Part shown: positions 25,171-38,927 of the stretch, one piece after another
Layout: every line of letters begins with the position of its first letter
Position numbering within the stretch: position 1 is the stretch's first letter
Assembly (NCBI RefSeq): GCF_023055435.1
Contig: NW_025963857.1
Coordinates: 28,892,001-28,956,000, forward strand
Origin: Haliotis rufescens
Taxonomy: Eukaryota
Direction of reading: 5' to 3'
Length of the DNA stretch: 64,000 bases
Translations under genes and position numbers: made by a program
The notes under the pieces: model-generated
What the model saw: only the letters and a program-made list of their open reading frames with translations
Told to the model about the DNA's origin: nothing
Database searches by the model: none

Positions 25171-25559
25171 TACTCGTACACTGTGACACGGTTTCTCAGA
25201 TCTATTGTGAGCTGTCAGCAGATATATCATGTTGTGAGAGTGTATTGTGACGAAACACTATTGGAATAACAAATACAATGCTCCCAATACAACGTCATAT
25301 GTGAAGTACTGTGCGCCATGTTCAAATACTATAATATATAAAATACACAGTACACAGTACAGTAAATCATGAATCATTCAAGTTATATTTGCAATGAATC
25401 ACTTTATAAATATATTCGTTGAAATAAACAGAATAAATAAGCTGTTGTGTTGTTCTTAGCAGAGAAAATGTCAATTCTAACAACAAGAAAACTGTAGAAA
25501 TTAAACCTTCTCATAATGCTCCAAGTCAGAAGACATTTGTCACTATGCACATGGGATCA

Positions 25560-26045
25560 CAAATACAAACAAGGTGTTCGAAATGATCTGGTATAATAGA
25601 GGTAAAAACCCTACCTGCCACTCTGTCTGATCCCCTGTTTCAAGTGTATTAACCTAATTAGCAGCAAAGGTAAACTTAGTCTGGTACGCATTTTCCCGTG
25701 TTCTCCTCTTTTCTGAGAGCTTCTTGTCCAAACATGGAGTCATGCGCTTTTCTGGTCTCTTTCTTCACAAAGTCCACGAGACTGTCAAAATTCAGAACTG
25801 AATCCCTCTCCCCCAAGTTCTGTATAAGACCCCTGAACTTCTGATATTGACTGTGAGGGTAGTTTTCCAACTATTCTGTTAATATTCTCAGAGAAGTACT
25901 CTGACATTAGGCACACTTTGTATAGCATTCCGACATTCACACAGGCAAATTGAGAAATCATCAAGTGCCAACTCACATTGAAACATATGTCTTCATAGCC
26001 ACTTTTCGATTGCATAAATACTTCATTTGTGATTGGCCAATCACA
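25560..26045 (-). mobile_element. BEL/Pao gag relic, duplicated with the TRIM unit
   Basis: Homologous to 42500-42995. Confidence 0.55.
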
Positions 26046-27849
26046 GTGTTTCTTTTGGTCGTCATTTTATATATGTAGTGGTTCCCGGGTTCGATTCCCC
26101 ACATTGGTACACTGTGTTTAGCCCATTTATGTTGTCCCGAGCCGTGACCTTGCTGGAATATTGCTAAAAACGGCGTAAAACCACACTCACTCTTTGATAA
26201 CAGAGATACATTAAATGGAAGGGAACAGTGAACTTTTCTTGAAAACCACTAAATTCCCCATTATAAAATATATACCGTTTTGTTTATTAAATCTGGCCAA
26301 GAATCGGCATTCAATATATTGAATATATCATTTAACAAACATGTCTTTCTAATTTAGATTACTATCACCCAGTGGGCGGGCAATTTTTGTGTTCTGTAAC
26401 CATGCCAACGGTTTCTACCTAGTATAACGCCTTACCTTGAAATTATGTAAACGGATGCAAATTACAAATGCATAACTGTTTAATATAATAAAGATGCATT
26501 GTTACACGAAATCAGTTTTATCGTGACCATGTGTATATTGGCCAGAGAGGTTATGACATTTTCTGTTACAATATGCAAACAAGTATTCAAGGTTAATACC
26601 CACATGATACCAAAATAATCTAAGCCAATTATTTGTTTCCAGAATGACAGGGAACACATAAGTTCAGCGATCAAGGTAAACGTCCATTATACTCCTTCAG
26701 CACATAGTTTCTCCCCACACAATATACCTGTGTAGGTATCCGACATGAATGAGGACGCTACACCTTAAGCAGCGACGTCTTTTGTCAGCTGTTATATATC
26801 AAAGTAGTGTGTAGAAATAGACAAGGTATCATTTGTAAACACTTCATTAACCCTTTGTAAATAAAACGACAAAACCAATTCATAATGATAATGATCATTC
26901 CACTGTTCGTAACCAGTCTTGACCGCCTCCATGATCTAGCGGAAGGCTCGGGGTACGGCCGGCTGCGTCATACCAAAGGACGTCAGAAAATGGTACTTGT
27001 TGTAACCCTATCTGGCGCTCGGCATTAAGGGGCTAAAACAAGGACTGGTTGCCTCGGAGTCAGTATGCTGTGTCTGAGTGAGGTATTCATGTTAAACTGC
27101 GGCATGGTATCTCAGAGGGTTAGCACTATCAACTCGGCCAGACTATTACAAGCANNNNNNNNNNNNNNNNNNNNNNNNNNNNNNNNNNNNNNNNNNNNNN
27201 NNNNNNNNNNNNNNNNNNNNNNNNNNNNNNNNNNNNNNNNNNNNNNNNNNNNNNNNNNNNNNNNNNNNNNNNNNNNNNNNNNNNNNNNNATAATCTTGAA
27301 CGCGACGTTGAACCCAATTTCTCCTGACCTCAACTCGTAAACACTTTCACACTGAATGACACCGACCCCGACATAATAGCTGTTACTGCTGACTAGACAA
27401 TCACAGTGCCGCTATGGTTACAGCTGAATACAATCGGGTACATCATGAAAGTGTGTGTGTCGCATAAAATATGCTTAGGAAGGTGGAAGACAGCTGGTAA
27501 AAATAGAACAAACAAACTTCGTTTTTATTTGCAATAACCACTTTTAAACTCCGTCATATTTGTCATGTCAACACCAACACATTTACTAGTTCTTCCATAG
27601 TTACGTCCCTTATGCAGCCCACATCCTGAATCCCGGTTCGCCCTGACAATTTGTCTTAGTTTGTCAGCACCATATCCGTGCTCCTGCCTCATTTCGTGCT
27701 TTCCTCCCACATCAAACTGACTCACCATGATATAACTGACATAATGTTTAACGAGGCATCAAAACCAACTAACTCTGTTCCTTAACAGGAACAGTAATCT
27801 CATCCGCTAAATGACAGAAACATAACATACGCACCCACAGCATGACTAA

Positions 27850-28750
27850 TAAAAAATGCATTTGTAGACGCTTATTTATATTGAATTGATATTCATATTT
27901 CGTCCAATGACCACCACAAACGACGTCTTCCTGTTTGCAGTGGTAGTCAGTAACCACACGGGAATAGATCAAGTGTTACATGAGTAAACTAAACACATGA
28001 AAAGGACAAATACGTGGATGTTGTTAATCGAATGCAGACATATATCTCGACGAGTCTAACTGATCCAAATAAACACAGACGTCGCCATAAATCTCTAAAC
28101 TTACATGTCAGACATTTCAACTAGGAAAGAAATACAGGGTTGAAAAAACTTATTAAACATTTTAAATTACTAATAAATAGTTTGTTTATTTACAAGCAGT
28201 TTCATCATACTCACATGTCTCTAAATTGATTGATTAATTGTCATTTATACCGACAGTTACAAATGCAAACATCAAAGTTCATGGCCATGTCATTCGAAAT
28301 TAATGTAAATGTTGATAAATTTCTATTTGAACTAAGTACTGGCATTTAAGGAAATTTCTAACAACTTGTAGTTGGTGCGATACATGCAGATGACATCTAA
28401 ACTGAGGAGCAATAGAACCCTAGTATATACTTCTACATGTTTTTGGTGTTAGATATAATTTGATTTAAAACTTTTAAAATAAAATTAAAAATTCAAAAAA
28501 AGAAATCGCATAATACACAAGAGGTTATGAGTATCTCGGACATCTCATCTTTGAAAAACAATAAATTTGTTTACAACATTTCAAACATGGTAGGGGCCAT
28601 GTTGCTGCAAATTCATTTCTTGCGTCAGTCTTCACTGAATTTGTTTACACAAATCTACCCAGACACAGATGACGTTTTACACACTTTTGCAGGAATGAGT
28701 GATGGTTAAATAGAAATGATCAAAATTAACAACAGTTTTTTACATTTTCA
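27850..28750 (-). mobile_element. Possible old LINE 3' relic (paralogous at ~36500-37400 and ~61330-62250)
   Basis: LPLQTGR resembles the LPIETGR motif. Heavily decayed; the duplication among units is clear. Confidence 0.4.
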
Positions 28751-29498
28751 ATTACAAAAAAACCCGATCGGTATATCTTGTTTTGTCCCTCTGACTATTA
28801 TTCGTCTCAGCTAAGGGTACACCAAAGTTATTTCACTTTATGTTTCGCAATGTCTATACGTAAAGTATTTCCGTTGATAATTAATTAGCTGGGCTTTTGA
28901 CAGATAATCAATGCGAATAATATTTATACACCCTTAATTCAATCTATAAAAACCTTACCAACATTTGGTGATAAATCGAGACATAATGTTTTTAATAATC
29001 ACAGTGGATGAATATTTACCTCTTGGATTCTACGACGAGTGACAAAACGTTTAACTTGAAAGAATCAGAGTAGAGCTATTCTTGACCGCGATCGAGACGG
29101 ATTTTCTATTGGTAGTCCGACATTTTTGCCAATCGATCCCTTCTTTTGTAATATTTCCTGATAAACAAGGGAACACGATACTGCCCCTCATTCTGTTTTT
29201 AGTAATAAACGCAATAGAGTTTCCTGTGTAGTGTATGTAATGACGTTATACTCACGCTCTTGGACATACATATATGTTTATCAGACAATATTAAAAGACA
29301 ACCCTCTTTTCCGAGGTCACAGTGTAAATATAACTATTCGTCTCTGTTAGAAAGTATACCGCTTTGACGCTTATTGCTCTCAATTCTTCAATACGACATA
29401 TTTGACGCCATCATTACAACCATTTCATCACTTTCATTTGTGATTTTGTCTTCCAAATGCGAACCTCTGGACAGATTGAATAACTATCGCAGGAGTAA

Positions 29499-29848
29499 GG
29501 TGAGGTGAAATTGGGTTTAACGTCGCGTCCAAGATTATTGCAATATAGCGACATGCATGCACACATGTGTGTGTCTGCTTGTACTAGTCCGGACTGATGC
29601 CGATATATAGTGCTAGCTCACTGAGATGCCATGCTGCAGTTTAACATGAATACCCCACTCAGACAAAGTATACTGACTCAGAGCCAATCGGTCCTTTTTG
29701 TTTATTTAGCCTCTTAATGTCGAGCGCAAGACAGGGTAATAAGAAGTACTATCTTTTGACGTCGTTTGGTATAACGCGGCCGAGGATCGAACCCCGGACC
29801 GTCCGCTCTCCGGGCGGACACTCTACCACTAGACCACGGATGCGGTCC
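29499..29848 (-). mobile_element. SINE family D downstream of copy 4 (same insertion as 38119-38650)
   Basis: Same flanks as the copy 5 element. Confidence 0.85.
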
Positions 29849-30113
29849 TGTCGAGGAGAGATCGATCGGGTGAAGCGATGTTGAAACCATCAGCTGCAAA
29901 TGTACCTGTCCACCACTCAACCCATCTAAACGCAAGTCAAACACAACAGTCGTTGTCCCCAAAAGTAATACATTACCATGTCCGGTTCATTCAGCACAGT
30001 TTTACAACCAGTTTGGCTATTTGCAATCAATTAGGTCTTATATACAGCTTATGTGTGGCTCACAGCTAGCTTCTACATGACAGAGTAATGTCTATCTATT
30101 TCAGTCAATCCCT

Positions 30114-32218
30114 TCAAAAGGTGAATATTTTCACAGAATAGAGGCCGGTAACGTAAAGCAAGCCATCATCATCCAGACAGATACCACGAGGACGCTCAAG
30201 GCCATCATGGTGTGTGAGAACATCTCTGACAAACTGCCCCGACTCTGTCAGCTGAATCATCCTGTTTGCGGCTCTGTCTACAAGCAGGATGTCTCCTGTG
30301 CTGGTTGTGTAGGGGTGTAGGTGAAAACAACTTCACCATCACAGGTCGCAGATACGAGGGATTTTACTGCAGCATCACTGAATAACAAGTTGTTATTTCT
30401 GGTGACATGAATATAGAATGGGTTCTTTATCACACCTGTGTTGATAGATTTAAGTACATTCCCTTTCATATCCAGCACGTCAACAGAGGCACGACTGTCG
30501 TCACCACCTGCTACCAGTTGTGAATAGTTCAGACAGGCTAACCCATAATACTCCCTCTTTGTCTTCACAGTTGAGAGTAATGAAGGCTCAGGGTCAAAGT
30601 TGATGAAAGCTATTTGTTTTGTGTCTGGCAGAGTAACAGCTGCCCGAGCTCCGCCCACCTTAGCCAGTCGTCTTGGACAAGTAGGAAGCTGGAGACAATT
30701 CTGGATGAGTGTTGTGTTTGAAGTATAACATGCATTAAGTCTACTACTACCATTACCTGTCACAACAGTTACCTTGATATCATGAACAACTAATACTGCA
30801 ACATCAAAACAAACCCTTGCAGAAGGCCCTATGTCTCCCTGTCTGCTACAGTCTATTGTTTGCAGGAGAACAGGAGAAGACGTCCGGTCATACAGACCTC
30901 CATAAACCTTGACCTCCCCAAGCTGCACCACAGCTACAGATCTCCTCAGTTTATCTGTGTCATGTGTGAAGACAATGGTGGATGGTATTGGTCTCTTGTC
31001 CTTACTTGTCATCTTATCTCTGGATGCTACAGACAAAGTCTCATATATATCATACATTTCTGCTACACAGTGTGACGTCACGGCTTTGTCTATGAACTCA
31101 TGCCGCTGCTGATGCATCTGGAGTTCAATTTCCTGGGACTTTCTGTGGGCTTTCAATTCGTCCATACGTATCTTAGTGAGTTGATCGATACGATCCAGCA
31201 GTTTCTTTTCTTTTCTCAGAAGAACGTCTACAGCTGCCATACGTACTTTCCGAACTTGGTCTTTCATCTCCTGTGCGTTCGTCGATAGCTTTTCAATTTT
31301 CGAATTTGTTGATGAAATATTCTCAGTGTAATTTTCAATTTTTCTCTCTTCGTTTCTAGTTTCAATTATCAGACTTTCTTTTACAAGAGGCGTCATTGTA
31401 TCTATGGTTTCAACATCATCACACTTCTTGTGTTTGATACTGCAGCAAACAGTACAAATTGCCATCCTGCAATCTTTACAAAACAGTTTTATCTTTTCAT
31501 CCTTGTGAATTCTGCACATAAAGCGCTGTGCCTTCGGTTTCTCGTTACTATGGATACATAAGTCAATCACTTCATGGTCACGTGACAGCGGCATCTTCTT
31601 GTGTAACTTGAGACATCCATCACAAAAGACATCGTCACAAATGGTGCACCACACAGCGCCTGGAGTTGTCTCCCCATCTTCTTTGCACACGCTACAGGTA
31701 TCTAAACATAAAGCACAGCGTGTTACAAACAATGCAATTTCTAGAAAACACAACCACATTGCACAACTTTTAAAACATACTGTATGTTTACGAGCCATAG
31801 TTGTTAGGTGTATAAATGTCAATATAAACCAGCTCACTTCGAACTCAATCCTTCTCACTTTAATAAATATGAAACTGCATTTCCAATATCTTGGTGTGCA
31901 AGACATGAAAACGTTTAAAAATTCCCTACCTGACGATTCCCCCAAATCGTCCATCAGCCCCTGGATGACGTGGCTTGGTTTCAATTGACTGACCCACTTC
32001 TCTACAGGACTTTCAGGGTTGGCCACCTTCGTCAGTTGTCTGCAGGAGGGACATGGAATAGACTTGGCTTGAATTGCTTTAGGCTGTGTTTTGGTGTATT
32101 TCAGCAGACACGACTTACAGAATGTGTGACTACACTGAAGTGTGGCAGGGTCTGTGAACACCTTTGCACAGATGAGACAGGTCAGATGGTTGTCCGTCAA
32201 TTTCTTTGCGGTGGCCAT
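30114..32218 (-). pseudogene. TRIM gene copy 4 with C-terminal frameshift; join(31930..32218, 30278..31701) = 570 aa
   Basis: Same splice sites as the paralogues. A ~37-nt deletion near 30308 relative to copy 5 shifts the frame after FTYTPT. The remaining blades (GDILLVD..PRGICLDDDGLLYVT) continue in another frame to ~30114. Confidence 0.85.
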
Positions 32219-33129
32219 TTCTGATGGAAAGAAATACTCCGACTTAGCTATATCTTCAGTACGAGTTTATGAAAATATATTTCATGGTCCTAAGTATCTC
32301 CAATGATCTATTCTTGATCATAATAAAACACACATACACACACAAACAGACACACACATACATGCATAATTACACACACACACACACACACACGTACATA
32401 CTCCACACNNNNNNNNNNNNNNNNNNNNNNNNNNNNNNNNNNNNNNNNNNNNNNNNNNNNNNNNNNNNNNNNNNNNNNNNNNNNNNNNNNNNNNNNNNNN
32501 NNNNNNNNNNNNNNNNNNNNNNNNNNNNNNNNNNNNNNNNNNNNNNNNNNNNNNNNNNNNNNNNNNNNNNNNNNNNNNNNNNNNNNNNNNNNNNNNNNNN
32601 NNNNNNNNNNNNNNNNNNNNNNNNNNNNNNNNNNNNNNNNNNNNNNNNNNNNNNNNNNNNNNAGCTACGGGTCCTGTGTCCAGTGCAATGGTATACTGAT
32701 AAAGGGACATAACTCTAATATTCATATACAAATTTGCGACTCTTGTATAAACACTGCCACCACTGCATTAATCCGTTCACACTTGGATTCTAGATCTCAC
32801 AAGCACGTGCGACATATGGTTACGTCGTTTTGAAGAGACCTAACAGCACATTCAACATCTGTCAACATGTTACACTTATTTCAANNNNNNNNNNNNNNNN
32901 NNNNNNNNNNNNNNNNNNNNNNNNNNNNNNNNNNNNNNNNNNNNNNNNNNNNNNNNNNNNNNNNNNNNNNNNNNNNNNNNNNNNNNNNNNNNNNNNNNNN
33001 NNNNNNNNNNNNNNNNNNNNNNNNNNNNNNNNNNNNNNNNNNNNNNNNNNNNNNNNNNNNNNNNNNNNNNNNNNNNNCTTCAAGTCAGGACTCGAGGAAT
33101 TGTCAAGCTACTTTCGTTATTGAAGTTCA

Positions 33130-33380
33130 ATTTACCTTGATGTCGACTATATTTCAAATATATGAGTGGTTTTAACACGAGTCTGTGTGCAATGAATCCG
33201 AAAACAACATATTCCAGTTACATTTTATCAGACATCTATTGTGTTACCTTTACAGATACGCAACCTGGACGAGCACCCGGGGTAGACTGTTTATCACTTC
33301 CTGGTTGTTGCCTCAGCTACACTGATGATCACGTGACATGTTCAAGCCATCGGGGAGAATGAATGTGATCACGTGACACG
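33130..33380 (-). promoter_or_regulatory. Putative promoter / first exon of copy 4
   Basis: ETS motif 33295-33304, TCACGTGA at 33329 and 33369. Confidence 0.55.
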
Positions 33381-33759
33381 CGATTCTCGTACACTGTGAC
33401 ACAGTTTCTCAGATCTATTGTGAGCTGTCAGCAGATATATCATGTTGTGAGAGTTTATTGTGACGAAACATTATTGGAATAACAACGTCATATGTGAAGT
33501 ACTGTGCGCCATGTTCAAATACTATAATATATAAAATACACAGTACACAGTACAGTAAATCATGAATAATTCACATTATATTTGTAATGAATCACTTTAT
33601 AAATATATTCGTTTTATGTTGAAATAGACAGAATAAACAAGCTGTTGCGTTGTTCTTAGCAGAGAAAATGTCAATTTTAACAACAAGAAAACTGTAGAAA
33701 TTATACCTTCACATATTGCTCCAAGTCAGAAGACATTTGTCATTATGCACATGGGATCA

Positions 33760-34248
33760 CAAATACAAACAAGGTTTTCGCAATGATCTGGTATAATAGA
33801 GGTAAAAACCCTACCTGCCACTCTGTCTGATCCCCTGTTTCAAGTGTATTAACCTAATTAGCAGCAAATGTAAGCTTAGTCTGGTACGTAGACAGTGCAC
33901 CTTCCCGTGTTCTCTTTTCTGAGAGCTTCTTGTCCAAACATGGGGTCATGCGCTTTTCTGGTCTCTTTCTTCACAAAGTCCAGTAGTCAAAATTCACAGC
34001 TGTCTCCCTCTCCCCCAAAGTTCTGTATAAGACCCCTGAACTTCTGATATTGACTGTGAGGGTAGTTTTCCAACTATTCTGTTAATATTCTCAGAGAAGT
34101 ACTCTGACATAATGCACACTTTGTATAGCATTCCGACATTCACACAGGAAAATTGAGAAATCATCAAGTGTCAACTCACACTGAAACATATGTTCTCATG
34201 GTCACCTTTCGATTGCATAAATACTTCATTTGTGATTGGCCAGTCACT
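33760..34248 (-). mobile_element. BEL/Pao gag relic, duplicated with the TRIM unit
   Basis: Homologous to 42500-42995. Confidence 0.55.
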
Positions 34249-37200
34249 GTGATTCTTTTGTTCGTCATTATATATATGTAGTGGTTCCCGGGTTCGATTC
34301 CCCACATTGGTACACTGTGTTTAGCCCATTTCTGTTGTCCCCAGCCATGACCTTGCTGGAATATTGCAAAAAACGGCGTAAAAACACACTCACTCTTTGA
34401 CAACAGAGATATATTAAATGGAAGGGAACAGTGAACTTTTCTTGAAAACCACTAAACTCCCCATTATATACCGTTTTGTTAATTAAATCTGGCCAGGAAT
34501 CTGCATTCAATATATTGAATATATCATTTAACAAACATGTCTTTCTAATTTAGATTACTATCACCCAGTGGGCGGGCAATTTTTGTGTTCTGTAACCATG
34601 CCAACGGTTTCTACCTAGTATTACGCCTTACCTTGACATTATGTAAACGAAAGCAAATTACAAATGCATAACTGTTTAATATAATAAAGATGCATTGTTA
34701 CACGAAATCAGTTTTATCGTGACCATGTGAATATTGGCCTCAGATGTTATGACATTTTCTGTTACAATATGCAAACAAGTATTCAAGGTTAATACCCACA
34801 TGATACCAAAAGAATCAAAGCCAATTATTTGTTTCCAGAATGAGAAGGAACAAATAAATTCAGCGATCAAGGTAAACGTCCATTATACTCCTTCAGCACA
34901 TAGTTTCTCCCCACACAATATACCTGTGTATGTATCCGACATGAATGAGGACGCTACACCTTAAGCAGCGACGTCTGATGTCAGCTTTTATATAGGTTAG
35001 AGAGGTAGGTTCGGGATACGACCTCCGGATGTGTCATACCAAAAGACGTCAAAAGATGGTGCTTATTGTTGCCCTGCCTGGCGCTCTGCATTGAGAGGCT
35101 ACAATAAGAAATGGTCTGCTCGGAGTCAGTATACTGTGTCTGAGTGGGATATTCATTTTAAACTATAAACTCGGCGTAAATTCAGACTAATGCAAGCACA
35201 GAGAGAGAGAGATGAAGAGAGAGAGGGGGAGAGTTGCACGCACGTCGCAATATAAGTGCAATAATCTTGAACGCGACGTTGACCCAATTTCTCCTGACCT
35301 CAACTCGTAAACACTTTTACACTGAATGACACCGACACCGACATAATCAGCTGTTCTTGCTGACTAGACAATCAACAGTGCTTTATGGTTACAGCTGAAT
35401 ACAATTGGGTACATCATGAAAGTGCGTGTGTCGCATAAAATATGCTTAGGAAGATGGAAGACAGCTTGTATTTGCAATAACCAGTTTTAAACTCCATCAC
35501 ATCACGTCAACACCAACACATTGACTAGTTCTTCCATAGTTACGTCCCTTATACAGGCCACATCCCGAATCCCGGTTTGCCCTCATATCTTGTCTCGGTT
35601 TGTCAGTACGATATCAGTTCTCCAGTCTCATTTCGTGCTTTCCTCACTGCGGCATGGTATCTCAGTGAGCTCGCACTAAAAATCGGCATAAGTCCNNNNN
35701 NNNNNNNNNNNNNNNNNNNNNNNNNNNNNNNNNNNNNNNNNNNNNNNNNNNNNNNNNNNNNNNNNNNNNNNNNNNNNNNNNNNNNNNNNNNNNNNNNNNN
35801 NNNNNNNNNNNNNNNNNNNNNNNNNNNNNNNNNNNNNNNNNNNNNNNNNNNNNNNNNNNNNNNNNNNNNNNNNNNNNNNNNNNNNNNNNNNNNNNNNNNN
35901 NNNNNNNNNNNNNNNNNNNNNNNNNNNNNNNNNNNNNNNNNNNNNNNNNNNNNNNNNNNNNNNNNNNNNNNNNNNNNNNNNNNNNNNNNNNNNNNNNNNG
36001 TAATAATCGTGAACCCGACGCTAACCCAATTTCACCTCACCTCGTGCTTTCCTCCCATATCAAGCTGACTAATCATCATATAGGTGAAATGGGGTTTAAC
36101 GTCCAAGATTATTGCACTTATATAGCGACGTGCATGTACGTGTGTGTGTTTGTGTGGCTGCTTGTACTAGTACAGACTGATGCCGATTTATAGTGCTAGC
36201 TCACTGAGATACCATGCCGCAGTTTAACTTGGATAACTCAGACACAGTATACTGACTCCGAGCCGACCAGTCCTTGTTTTAGCCCCTTAATGCCAAGCGC
36301 AAGACAGGGTAACAACAAGTACCATCTTTTAACGTCTTTTGGTATGACGCGGACGCTCTACCACTAGACCACGGAGGCGGTCCCACCATGATATAACTGA
36401 CATAATGTTCAAAGAGGCGTTAAAATCAATTCACTCACTAACTCTGTTCCTCAACAAGACAGTAATCTCTGCCACTACTGATGACAGATAATGTATGCAT
36501 TTGAAGATGCTTATTCCTTTTTTTATTGAATTGATTTTCATATTTCGTCCAATGACCACCACAAACGACGTCTTCCTGTTTGCAGTGGTAGTTGAATTGA
36601 TCAAGTGTTACATGAGTTAACTAAACACATGAAAAGGACAAATACGTGCATGTTGTTAATCAAATGCAGACATATATCTTTCTGAGTCCACCTAAATAAA
36701 CACAGGCGTCGCAATAAACTCATAAACTTATATCTCAGACATTTTAAATAACAAGGAAAGACAGGATTGAAAAGACTCATTAAACGTTTTAAAATACTTA
36801 TAAATGGTTTGTTTATTTACAAGTAGTTCCATCATACTCACATGTCTCTAAATTGATTGATTAATTGTCATTAATACCGAAAGTTACAAATGCAAACAAC
36901 AAAGTTCATGTATTCCAAGTCATGACCATGTCATTCGAAATTCTTGTAAATGTTGATAAATTTATATTTGAACTATAAGAACTGGCATAAAAGGACATTT
37001 CTAACAACTTATAGTGGGAGCGATACATGCAGACGCCATCTGAACTGACGAGCAATAGAAACCTAGTACATACTTCTACATGTTTTTTGGGTGTTAGATA
37101 TAATTTGATTTAAAACTTTTAAAATAAAATTAAAAATTGAAAAATAAAATCGCATAATACACAAGAGGTTATGAGTATCTCGGACATCTCATCTTTGAAA

Positions 37201-38118
37201 AACAATAAATTTGTTTACAACATTTCAAACATGGTAGGGGCCAAGTGGTTGCAAATCCATTTCTTACAGCAGTCTTCACTAAATTTGTTTACACACATTT
37301 ACCCAGACACAGATGACGTTTTACACACTTTTGCAGGAATGAGTGATGGCTGAAGAGAAATGCTCAAACTTAACAACAGTTCTTTACATTTTCAATTACA
37401 AAAAAACCCGATCGGTAAACCTTCCTTTGTCCCTCTGATTATTATTCATCCCAGCTAAGCGTACACCAAAGTTATTTCCCTTTATGTTGCGCAATGTCTA
37501 TACGTAAAGTATTTCCGTTTATAATCAATTAACTGGGCTTTTGACAGATAATCAATGCGAATAATGTTATACACCCTTAATTCATTCTATAAAATAAGGT
37601 GATAAATCGAGACATAATGTTATTGATAACCACAGTGGATGAATATTTAACTCTTGGATTCTACGACGAGTGACGAAACGTTCAAATCTAAAGAATCAGG
37701 GTAGAGCTGTTCTTGACCGCGATCGAGACATTTTGCCATTCGATCCCCCTTTTGTAATCTTTCCTGATAAACAAGGGAACACGATACTGCCCCTCAGTCC
37801 TGCCCCTGCCCCTGCTTTTAGTAATAAATGCAATAGTGTTTCCTGTGTAGTGTATGTAATGACTTTATACTCACGCTCTTGGACATACATATATGTTTAT
37901 CATGCAAGATTAAAAGACAACCCACTTTTCCGAGATCACAGTGTAAATATATTAACTATTCGTCTCTGTAATAAAGTATACCGCGTTGACGCTTTTTGCT
38001 CTCAATTCTACAAAATAACAAATTTTCCGCCATCATTACAACCATTTCACCTCTTTCATGTGTGATTTTGTCTTCATAATGCGAAGAACTGGACTGATTG
38101 AATAACTATCGCAGGAGT

Positions 38119-38650
38119 AAGGTGAGGTGAAATTGGGTTTGGTTAGTGAGTGAGTATGGTTTTACGCCGCTTTTAGCAATTTTCCAACAATATCACGGCG
38201 GGGGTCACCAGAAATGGGCTTCACACATTGTACCCATGTCGGGAATCGAACCCGGGTGTTCGGCGTGACGAGCGAACGCTTTAACGCTTTAACCACTAGG
38301 TTACCCGACCGCCCGGGTTTAACGTCGCGTCCAAGATTATTGCAATATAGCGACGTGCCTGCACGTATGTGTGTGTCTGATTTTACTAGTCTGGACTGAT
38401 AACGATTTATAGTGATAGCTCGCTGAGATACCATGCCGCAGTTTAACATGAAGACTCCACACACACACAGTATACTGACTCAGAGCCGATCAGTCCTTGT
38501 TGTATATTTAGCCCCTTAATGTCGAGCGCCAGACATCGTAACAAGAAGTACTATCTTTTGACGTCGTTTGGTAAAACGCGGCCGGGGATCGAACCCCGGA
38601 CCTTCCGCTCTCCGGGCGGACAATCTACCACTTGACCACGGGTGCGGTCC
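38119..38650 (-). mobile_element. SINE family D (tRNA head, Meta-domain-like core) downstream of copy 5
   Basis: TGGT.AAGTGG and GGTTCGATCCCC boxes. TSD TATCGCAGGAGT at 38107-18 and 38651-62. The Meta-domain assignment is from recall. Confidence 0.88.
38141..38314 (-). mobile_element. SINE family A nested in a family D SINE
   Basis: TSD GGGTTT at 38135-40 and 38315-20. Uninterrupted host copy at ~29510. Confidence 0.9.
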
Positions 38651-38927
38651 TATCGCAGGAGTCATATGTAGGGATCGGGTGAAGCGATGTTAAAAAAATC
38701 AGATGCAAGTGTACCTGTCCATCACTCACAATGTGTTCTCAACCCATCTGAACGCACGACAAACACAACAGTCGTTGTCCCCAAAAGTAATTCGCTCCCA
38801 TGTCCGGTTCATTCAGCACGGTTTTACGAACAGTTTGGCTATTTGCAATCAGTTAGGTCTTGTATACAGCGTATGTGTGGCTCACAGCTAGCTTCTACAC
38901 GACAAAGTAATGTGTATCTATTTCAGT

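Noticed and set aside
28527-28709. Conserved 60-aa ORF MSISDISSLKNNK repeated at 37171 and 62018
   Set aside because: The recurrence is explained by recent segmental duplication. It has no domain signature and probably lies antisense to a LINE relic.
30278-32218. 646-aa single-exon TRIM ORF
   Set aside because: It includes a 228-nt GT-AG intron whose splice sites match all paralogues. The spliced product is 570 aa and C-terminally frameshifted.
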